Shown piece by piece: positions 9,800 through 17,120 of a stretch of 64,000 bases of DNA; position 1 is the first letter of the stretch; each line of letters starts with the position of its first letter. The notes under the pieces were generated by a model. The model made no database searches, was not told the DNA's origin, and was given only the letters and a program-made list of their open reading frames with translations. Source of the DNA: Planctomycetota bacterium (GTDB lineage: Bacteria > Planctomycetota > PLA2 > JAEUHO01); assembly GCA_965222115.1 (NCBI GenBank), contig CBDCTJ010000001.1:96001-160000 (forward strand), in the 5' to 3' direction. The translations under genes and the position numbers were made by a program.

Positions 9800-10315
9800 A
9801 TGGACTCGCATATGGATAAGCTAATCTTAGGTGTCACCAAGTTGAATGCCGAGGACAGGCTCATCGCCATGCATCGGCTGAGGTTTGGTGAACCCATCTT
9901 AGATGACAGAGCTATATATGCACTTCTTAACAGTCTAGGGGCACTTGACAAGCAGTGTGGCGCGTGGGTGAGCTCTGTCCTACTGCGAGAAGGAAAGCGG
10001 CTCGCCGAACCCGTAGCCAAAATCCTTAAGGCCCAAGACGATCATTTGATCAGCGTGGTCGTGTGCGAAATCGTTTGCAAATGGCCGCGCCAGTGGGTAC
10101 GTCTAGTTCGAAGCGAGCTGTTAGCACTTGCGCGCAATTCTGACAACAGGGAACTCGGGGGCGCCACACTGGTATGCGTCGAAATTGCTTTAGATAGCGG
10201 CCTCCTGAGTGAAGACGAGGCCCACGCCTTCGTTACGCGATTCATTGAGAGCGAGCAAGGGAGGCGTTATCGATCGGAGGGACTTGAGATTGTCGCTGCG
10301 CTTGACTTGCCGTAG
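9800..10315 (+). CDS. Putative immunity protein 2, paralog of 9203-9724
   Basis: Colinear similarity with the upstream gene: HRLRFGEPILDD vs RKIRFERPMLSD; IVCKWPRQWVRLVRSELLALA vs IVRYWPLVWINSVSPELKSLA; similar length. Confidence 0.7.
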   Translation: MDSHMDKLILGVTKLNAEDRLIAMHRLRFGEPILDDRAIYALLNSLGALDKQCGAWVSSVLLREGKRLAEPVAKILKAQDDHLISVVVCEIVCKWPRQWVRLVRSELLALARNSDNRELGGATLVCVEIALDSGLLSEDEAHAFVTRFIESEQGRRYRSEGLEIVAALDLP

Positions 10316-10320
10316 GCGGA

Positions 10321-10355
10321 AGATACCGTGCCGAAGATACCGAGATACCGTGCCG
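10321..10355 (+). repeat. Short tandem stutter of an AGATACCG(TGCCG) unit
   Basis: AGATACCGTGCCG-AAGATACCG-AGATACCGTGCCG; resembles the 5' end of the 32-bp repeat (AGATACGGTGTC). Confidence 0.7.
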
Positions 10356-10479
10356 CGTTTTCTCCCACCAACTTCGTGACTTTCGGCATTCACACCCCCG
10401 AGTACGTTCCGCGTGATTCACCGGTGCGACCCGGCCAAAGAATGACGGTCGTGGAGATGAAGAGCAGTTTCGGGGCCAA

Positions 10480-10565
10480 GATACGGTGTCAGGAACGATT
10501 TCACACTTTTCCGAATTCGCAAGCGTGACAAAAAATACGGCGTACGGGCAAAATCCACACTTTTC
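10480..10565 (+). repeat. Two copies (B, C) of the 32-bp dispersed repeat
   Basis: B 10480-10511 GATACGGTGTCAGGAACGATTTCACACTTTTC; C 10535-10565 ATACGGCGTACGGGCAAAATCCACACTTTTC (22/31 to B). Confidence 0.8.
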
Positions 10566-10673
10566 GGGGAAGTGTCAGATTCGTTGCCAGAAGCCGAGCA
10601 ACGATCACACTCTCATCCTTCGACAACAAGAACGGCGCCGGAACGCATCTACCCGCCACGGTAAACTAGCAAC

Positions 10674-10826
10674 ATGTCCGGTCGCCCACTACCGCACCGC
10701 TTGCGTCGCCTGACGTGGATGGCTTGTGTTCCCGTAGCTATCGCCGCGATCCTATTGATCCTTGATTTCGTGAATGACAAGCAACGCGCGACACGAACGC
10801 CATTCAAGTGGACTAAGGATCTCTGA
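10674..10826 (+). CDS. Possible 50-aa single-pass membrane protein or gene remnant
   Basis: MSGRPLPHRLRRLTWMACVPVAIAAILLILDFVNDKQRATRTPFKWTKDL: basic N-terminus plus hydrophobic helix. Below the ORF-track cutoff; no clear RBS. Confidence 0.3.
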   Translation: MSGRPLPHRLRRLTWMACVPVAIAAILLILDFVNDKQRATRTPFKWTKDL

Positions 10827-10903
10827 TCCGTGCCGTGCGCATCGAAGGGCCGAACTAGAGCGAGCGTTTTTCCCCATTACGCGCTATTCCTCCGATTCGA
10901 AAC

Positions 10904-13078
10904 TCACTTCCCCGCCCGTTCTTCGAGTTCAACTCGCAGCTTCTTAGCGGGCGCCCGAATGCGCTGTACCGAGTCAGCGTACCCGGTCTTGAGAATCTTG
11001 AGCGTCCCCTCGCCAGGCGCGGCGTTCTTGAGCTTGAAACTGCCATCGGGACGAAGTTCTGCCACCGCGCTCTGACGCGTTCTTTCGTTGCGAAAGGACA
11101 CGTGCCCGGAGGGCTGTGGTTTACCCGACGGGTTGATAACAACGCCCGACACCTCAACGCCCAACGCAACACGCACCACAAGGTCGTCTTCGCCGGCACG
11201 CACACCCTCTACGAACTTCGACAAGAGGCGCTGCCCCTGCCCGCCTGGTTCAGATGCGTGCACTGTGATGTCTACGGTTTCGTGGGCGGGAACGTCACTC
11301 ACTTCAAATGTTGCGTCACTCGCGATCTTGAAGCTCTTCTGGAGTCTCGTCTTGCGCTTCGCGTCGCCCCAACGAGCGTACACCGTCCCGCGATCGATGA
11401 CGACACCTTCGGGACCCACGACGCGTCCGCGAATGCTCATGCCACGTTCAAGCCGCGTCACCAGATCTTCTTGCCCCTCTGCGACATTGAACCTCGCGGG
11501 AGTGATGTATCCCTTGGGCGCAAGTATCCGAACAGTTTGAATCGACCCTCTGAGTCCTACGGCATGCCAGTGCCCGTCTTCATTTGTCTTGACGTACCGG
11601 CCTCCTACCCGCACCGACAGCCCAGCCATCCCATCGCCATCTTCGTCCACAACGCGTCCGCAGAACGCGGCACCCTTCTTCAAACGAATTGTGATGAAGC
11701 GACCTCGCTCCTTTACCGACACGGTGGCGCCCAACAGATTGAGGGGCGCGCCCGCACTATCCCGCGGCTGGGCTACGCGTAGTGACCCAGGCAGCGACGT
11801 TGCGGCAACCTCGAAATCGAAACCACCGTCTTGGACCTCGTGTTCGATGAAAACCGGCCGCTTTCCCGACTTAGATGCCCAACCGATCTTGCATTGAGAA
11901 ATCGCAACACCGTCTTCCCCAATGACTTCGCCTCGAATACGCACAGGACGAGGCGGATTGCACCGAAAGACGAGATCCTGGGCGGGCACGTCTACGCCCT
12001 TGGCAATCACAGCACTCCAACCCCCACGGGAACTAGCTTCGAAGGAAGCGCGACTCTTGTGAACTTGATGAATGACGAATTTGCCGTCTTGGCCCGTGTT
12101 GGTGATTGTATTGTCGGACGGATGGAATTCACTTTTGAGCAACACTTGAATGCCTGCTAGCGGCTTGTCGCCTGGACCCAAGACGATCCCAGACGTTACG
12201 CCCACAACACTGAACTTAAGGATGAGCCCGTCTCGCGTTTCACCGGGCTTGAGATCAAACACATTGAGGCGCGCTTCCCCTTGCTTTCGGTAGGCGTGCA
12301 GGTTGATGGGCGCGCTCGGTAAATCCGTAAACTCGAACCGGCCTTGTGCATCGGACGTGTCGCTAAGACTTCCGGCGACGTATCGAATGCGGCCACCAAG
12401 TCCCACGCGCTGGTCGGCAATCGGTTTCCCATCTGTGTCTACGACAACACCACGAATCGTGCATGGCTGGGCCAAATAGAGCACGAAATTTCGCGTAGCG
12501 TCACTCCCTTCCCATGTCTGCTCGAAATCAAACTGGGGACCGGCCACGCTTCCATAGCCCACCTTGCGCGCCATGAGGCGTAGCCGGTGAAACTTGTCGA
12601 GCGTTTCACTCAGATCTACACGAAACGTGCCTCGCTTGTCGGTCGTAGCGAGCGCCGTCGCCCCCGGCTTGCCACCACCTCGCCCAACATGGATGGTCGC
12701 GCCCTCTACCGGTCGCTTGTCGGGACCTAGCACCGTGCCCGATACGATCCGCGGTTCGCGATCCGGATCGTCTGTTGGAACGACACCGCGCTTTCGCTCG
12801 GTTGCATAGGCGCCTGAGTTGTTAGGGTTGGTCTGTTGAGTCTGCCTGCCCCCGGTCCGTCGTGTGGTTTGAGATGTCTTGCTTCCCGGAGGAGCTACAA
12901 GCGTCGTATCGCGATCTCCCGTGAGCGACTTGTTGTTGCGCCCAAACTCTGGAGCCTCTTGCACAGTCTCGATTGAATCTTCCGCATCATGGGAACCGAG
13001 AACATCCATGAGCAAGAATACGCACGCAACGATCGCTATAAGCGCAGCAGCGAGCATCACGATCCACGACTTGTTCAC
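10904..13078 (-). CDS. Membrane-anchored protein with tandem carboxypeptidase-regulatory-like (prealbumin-like) beta-sandwich domains
   Basis: N-terminal TM helix; repeated I.G.V...DG.P..G..V / T...G.F motifs (about 7 repeats). Confidence 0.8.
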   Translation of the reverse strand: MNKSWIVMLAAALIAIVACVFLLMDVLGSHDAEDSIETVQEAPEFGRNNKSLTGDRDTTLVAPPGSKTSQTTRRTGGRQTQQTNPNNSGAYATERKRGVVPTDDPDREPRIVSGTVLGPDKRPVEGATIHVGRGGGKPGATALATTDKRGTFRVDLSETLDKFHRLRLMARKVGYGSVAGPQFDFEQTWEGSDATRNFVLYLAQPCTIRGVVVDTDGKPIADQRVGLGGRIRYVAGSLSDTSDAQGRFEFTDLPSAPINLHAYRKQGEARLNVFDLKPGETRDGLILKFSVVGVTSGIVLGPGDKPLAGIQVLLKSEFHPSDNTITNTGQDGKFVIHQVHKSRASFEASSRGGWSAVIAKGVDVPAQDLVFRCNPPRPVRIRGEVIGEDGVAISQCKIGWASKSGKRPVFIEHEVQDGGFDFEVAATSLPGSLRVAQPRDSAGAPLNLLGATVSVKERGRFITIRLKKGAAFCGRVVDEDGDGMAGLSVRVGGRYVKTNEDGHWHAVGLRGSIQTVRILAPKGYITPARFNVAEGQEDLVTRLERGMSIRGRVVGPEGVVIDRGTVYARWGDAKRKTRLQKSFKIASDATFEVSDVPAHETVDITVHASEPGGQGQRLLSKFVEGVRAGEDDLVVRVALGVEVSGVVINPSGKPQPSGHVSFRNERTRQSAVAELRPDGSFKLKNAAPGEGTLKILKTGYADSVQRIRAPAKKLRVELEERAGK

Positions 13079-13113
13079 GAGGGCTCCCTCGTCCGGGCTA
13101 CACGCTCACGCCC

Positions 13114-13983
13114 CTACTTCCTCTGCACCACCGCCACCGTATGGGGCCCCGCCGCATCGTGTACCGCAATCGATGCAATCGGCTTGTCACTCCGAAATGA
13201 ACGACTGACTTCAAACGGCGATATCACCTGCGCTACCATCCCCTTGGGCGGTATGGAGACAAATCGATACTGCGGAGGAAACGTAGCGGCGGGCGAGTCT
13301 TCAAACTGAGACTGCCATCCGGCGGCTGGGTGATTCCCCGTGGCAATCAACTTCACTGCCGTTCCACGTTGCTCCGCGCGATACGTAACGCTCTTTGCAA
13401 CGGCGATCATTGCCGGTGTGGGCTTCGATGGCGGGGTGGGCTTTACGGGTGGCGTTGGTTTTGTTGGTGGCGTTGGTTTTACGGGGGGCTTGGGCTTCTT
13501 CGATGCCACACGTTCCATTGTGAGCACATACGAGGTCTGTTTGTTCTCTTTCACAATGAGTCGAATCACGCCGTTCGCACTCGCGTCGTAGCTAAGCTCA
13601 AACTGTGGCCACGCAGCCTTGTCGCTATCCACGCGAGACAATGAATACAAAACGCGGTTGCGCCCCGAGGGATCTTCGACGGCTTGTGGTCGAATGTTCA
13701 CGGCCACCGGTTGTGCGGCCATGCGCGTGCAAATGGTGCGATCCCCAAACGGGTTCACTTGGCATGCGTTGGGATCTAAAAGCAACGTGCCGCGTTCCCC
13801 CAATGCACCACGGAGTGAAATGGTGTGTGCACCGGCAATGGTGCGCGCCATGTAGGCCGTGGTTAGGGACACGTGTTCCGCGGCGTCCTCTTCCGCACAT
13901 ACGTTTGCGCTCATCACGAACGCACCTGTCGATAACAACGCGAAGCAAGCGATAACACGTAGCGAGAGACGCTGAAACCTCAT
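13114..13983 (-). CDS. Secreted two-domain protein with a KPTPP-repeat linker; C-terminal domain PrcB_C-like
   Basis: GAGGAG RBS; signal peptide; repeated KP(T/K)PP linker; C-terminal GNHPAAGW...PPKGMVAQVISPF. Confidence 0.65.
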   Translation of the reverse strand: MRFQRLSLRVIACFALLSTGAFVMSANVCAEEDAAEHVSLTTAYMARTIAGAHTISLRGALGERGTLLLDPNACQVNPFGDRTICTRMAAQPVAVNIRPQAVEDPSGRNRVLYSLSRVDSDKAAWPQFELSYDASANGVIRLIVKENKQTSYVLTMERVASKKPKPPVKPTPPTKPTPPVKPTPPSKPTPAMIAVAKSVTYRAEQRGTAVKLIATGNHPAAGWQSQFEDSPAATFPPQYRFVSIPPKGMVAQVISPFEVSRSFRSDKPIASIAVHDAAGPHTVAVVQRK

Positions 13984-14029
13984 GGCAACTCCTCAACATG
14001 AACGGCGATTGAATCCTAGCTGCGGAACG

Positions 14030-15082
14030 CTACGCGCGCGCGGCACGACGCACGGCAAACCGGTGGGCCTCGTGCGTTAGACACGCTTTCGCACGTTCGG
14101 TTTCCAGCCAAACGAGGGTGTGGTCCGGTTCACTGGCGTGGCCCAGCGGATCGCCAAACACCGCACGGAAGAAGGTGCACTCCTTGATCCAGCCACTACC
14201 CGCGTTTTGTCCGCGTCCGTGAACGTATTGCCCCGCAGCGCCAAGGGGCTGCAGATCGCGGACGTCGCGTCCACACTCCTCAGCCACTTCGCGCCGGAGC
14301 GCCTCCTTGAGCGTCTCGCCAGCGTCTGCCCCCCCGCCCGGAAGGTAGTGACCCGACGGGGTGCGCATAACGGCCACTTGATTCTGATCGTTCGTGATCA
14401 CCGCGTATGCCCCCGGGCGCGGCGTGTAGGTGACACCGGGCAACGGTGTTCCATAGCGATGCATAAGTAGGGTCGTTCCAAACGAGGCGGGCACATCGCG
14501 CTGAAGACGAAGCCTTCGGATGTACTCGCCGCGTCGAACCGAAACGCAACCAAACTGAGCCAAGTGCCCTGTTTCGAACTGCACATCCAACAACCCGAAG
14601 CCGCGGTAGCGCAAATGGTCTACGAGGTGCGCCAGCGCAATCTTTGAGGCATCGCGCTCGCGCATAAACTTTGATTCGGCAGCGAAGGCACCGCCAATGG
14701 CCACGCCATACGTCCCGCCGACCAATCGGTCTCCATCCCACACTTCGACGGAATGGGCATGTCCGGCGCGGTGAAGCGCGCGGTAGCACTCGATCATCTC
14801 TTCGTGGATCCACGAACCGTTACGGTTCTCGTCGCAGGCGCGCATGACGGCTTCAAAGCGCTCGTTGATGCTCACGCGGAAGGGGGCGGCTCGAAGGGTT
14901 CGACGCAGTCGTCGCGAGACGTGGAAGGACGAGAGCGGGATGATGCCGCGCGGATCCGGTGACCACCAAAGCACGGGATAGCCGGCGTCGTACCAAGGAA
15001 ATACGCCCTCGCGGTAGGCCGCGTAGACATGATCGGGATCCAGACCGCCGGCAGTGATAGCGACTTGGCTCTCCCCGGGCAC
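14030..15082 (-). CDS. aat: Leucyl/phenylalanyl-tRNA--protein transferase fused to a C-terminal NUDIX hydrolase
   Basis: Aat motifs AYREGVFPW, LWWSPDPRG, AHSVEVW, GGAFAAESKF, DASKIAL, LLDVQ; intact Nudix box GGADAGETLKEALRREVAEECG. True start uncertain. Confidence 0.88.
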   Translation of the reverse strand: MPGESQVAITAGGLDPDHVYAAYREGVFPWYDAGYPVLWWSPDPRGIIPLSSFHVSRRLRRTLRAAPFRVSINERFEAVMRACDENRNGSWIHEEMIECYRALHRAGHAHSVEVWDGDRLVGGTYGVAIGGAFAAESKFMRERDASKIALAHLVDHLRYRGFGLLDVQFETGHLAQFGCVSVRRGEYIRRLRLQRDVPASFGTTLLMHRYGTPLPGVTYTPRPGAYAVITNDQNQVAVMRTPSGHYLPGGGADAGETLKEALRREVAEECGRDVRDLQPLGAAGQYVHGRGQNAGSGWIKECTFFRAVFGDPLGHASEPDHTLVWLETERAKACLTHEAHRFAVRRAARA

Positions 15083-15384
15083 CCACGCAAGCCGAGGAAA
15101 TAGCGCGCGGCAGGTGGGTGACGGCGTGTCCTTCAGCGCGAATCCTGACTGCTCAGCGAATGGCTCCGTCTAAGCAAACAATAACCTTACAAAGGGCGGC
15201 GTAATTTGCCGCATGTGCTCGAGTGGGTGAATTCGGGCAAGCCCCCTTCTACCAAAACAACCGGGGGCTGGTACCGCGCCGCCTCAGGTCGAATTTCTGC
15301 GATTGTTGAAGTCGCGATGGCTCTAGTCAGCCTAACTGGGGGCCGATTAGTCAGTGTGAGGGATCTCCCCTAGGGAGGGAACGT

Positions 15385-16446
15385 ATGTTCTTCACACGTA
15401 AGTCAGTTTTTGCGCTGCCGGTCGCCATGGCGATGGGCGCTGCGCTCCTCTTGACCACTGGCTGCCAAACCGGCGGCATGAGCTCAGATGGTCAAGGCGG
15501 AGTCTTTGGTAGCGGCAGCGACTCGATGATTGCCGATGTCACCTCGATTTCCGGAGCGGGCAAAGGCAATTGGACCACGCCACCACCGGTTGGCAGCACA
15601 GCTCCAAGCGCGACGATCGCTGCACCGAGCTACTCCTTGCAGCCTGCGCCCGAACAGAGCGCAGCCTCGTTCTATGGCGCCTCGACGCCCCCACCGCCTC
15701 CGCCGCCGCCCCCGCCAAGTGCGAGTTTGAGCGACGGATGCGACACGGTGGCACCGGCGCCCGCGGCCGATCCTTGCGGTGTTGTAGATGCGTGTGCCGG
15801 AGACGCGTGTGGCATTCCGGCCGCACCACCTGCGGTTGCAAGCATGCCAACACGCCGTCGTTGCGTACCACGCAGTTTCGGCAAGGCGTATAACCCATGT
15901 GCAGGTCTGGCGTGTTGCCAAGGCATTAGCCAGTGGCACATTCGCGCGGTTGGTGGTGGCAGCTTCTTCTTCGGCGACGATGCGCCGGAAGAGTGCAGCT
16001 ACTTCGGCGCCGACATTGGTCGCACCTTCTGCGGTTGCTGGGGACTTGACGCCTATTACCGGCACAACACGGGTCGCTTGGACCGCCAGGTGATTACGGG
16101 ACAAGCTGCCCCCGTAACTCAGATTGATGAGGACGGCGGCGAATGGCACCACGTGGGCCTCAAGGCAACCATTGAACGTCCCCTGTATGGCAACCGCCTT
16201 TACGGATGGGCGGGCGTTGGTGCCGGCTACTACTGGACCGAAGGCTACATCAATGACGACGATGGCTTTGAAGGCTACGCCGAAGCCGGTATTGGCTACA
16301 TGCTGACAAGTCGCTTGCGCCTACGCGCAGGTGTCAATGTGCATGCCATGGATACCGAGGTTACGCGCGAAGACCCCGCGGATGACGGAGACTCCCGTTG
16401 GCTCTTCTTGGTTGCACCGGTTCTGGAACTGGAAGCCACCTTCTAA
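15385..16446 (+). CDS. Lipoprotein with Pro/Cys-rich linker and C-terminal outer-membrane beta-barrel
   Basis: GGGAGG RBS; lipobox-like LLLTTG-C; poly-Pro; Cys-rich segment; about 8 amphipathic Gly/aromatic strands ending LELEATF (C-terminal Phe beta-signal). Confidence 0.72.
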   Translation: MFFTRKSVFALPVAMAMGAALLLTTGCQTGGMSSDGQGGVFGSGSDSMIADVTSISGAGKGNWTTPPPVGSTAPSATIAAPSYSLQPAPEQSAASFYGASTPPPPPPPPPPSASLSDGCDTVAPAPAADPCGVVDACAGDACGIPAAPPAVASMPTRRRCVPRSFGKAYNPCAGLACCQGISQWHIRAVGGGSFFFGDDAPEECSYFGADIGRTFCGCWGLDAYYRHNTGRLDRQVITGQAAPVTQIDEDGGEWHHVGLKATIERPLYGNRLYGWAGVGAGYYWTEGYINDDDGFEGYAEAGIGYMLTSRLRLRAGVNVHAMDTEVTREDPADDGDSRWLFLVAPVLELEATF

Positions 16447-16475
16447 CACCTACCGTTCTCAGTTAGAAACATCTC

Positions 16476-16514
16476 GCGCGCGCCAGCTTACGGTTGGCGC
16501 GCGCTGTTCGTTTT
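16476..16514 (+). terminator. Probable intrinsic terminator
   Basis: Stem GCGCGCGCCAGC / GTTGGCGCGCGC with a 5-nt loop, followed by TGTTCGTTTT, 30 nt after the stop. Confidence 0.65.
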
Positions 16515-17120
16515 GTCGATACCGGCATAACCCTCACACGCCACCGTCGTGACGAACCGAGCATGACCACACAACCCGATTGCATCCGTCGTGACGTAAA
16601 GGAGATGTGTGGTTAGTCCGTTCTCCGGCGACCAACAGGCAACGCGTCGCGCCCCGTCAGGCATACAAGCACAAACAACGTCCGCCGAACCGCCGATCAG
16701 GTCGTCTCCGTGGTGGAAAAAGCCAAATTTGACTCAAGTTCCGGGGCCTCACCCGGTTGTGTTTCCATGCCTCCCCCGTCTACCATGTTCACCGATTGAA
16801 ACACGCGGCGAGGCACTTAGACAACGTGGGGGCGCTCGGCGTCGCTTAGTTGTGGTCGCGATTCGATCGTAAGCACCGGTGATTAGGTCAATTACGGTCT
16901 TGAACCTCCATTGACGTAACCATCGTGGCCCAGATGGCCTGGGATGTGCCTTGTCCCCAACATCTGAAATCCATCGCAACGCGTAGTCGAAATTTGGCTA
17001 TGCCGAGGGATTGGAACTCGGAAAACGATTCAGATGAAGTCGCCGTCTCGCGGAGGCGTCGAGTTCATCGCAGCGGTTCACATCCGTGCAGGACTTTAGA
17101 ACAACCAGGAGACCCAAGGG

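Noticed and set aside
616-10511. Prophage or integrative element with attL/attR
   Set aside because: No integrase, tRNA target or phage genes, and the repeat also occurs elsewhere; kept only as a repeat-bracketing hypothesis.
10480-10565. Possible mini-CRISPR array (32-bp repeats with a short spacer)
   Set aside because: Only two adjacent copies, 22/31 identical; other copies are dispersed and inverted; no cas genes.
16520-17110. Long intergenic region, possible riboswitch or ncRNA
   Set aside because: No recognisable riboswitch, tRNA or sigma-54 consensus by eye; would need an Rfam scan.
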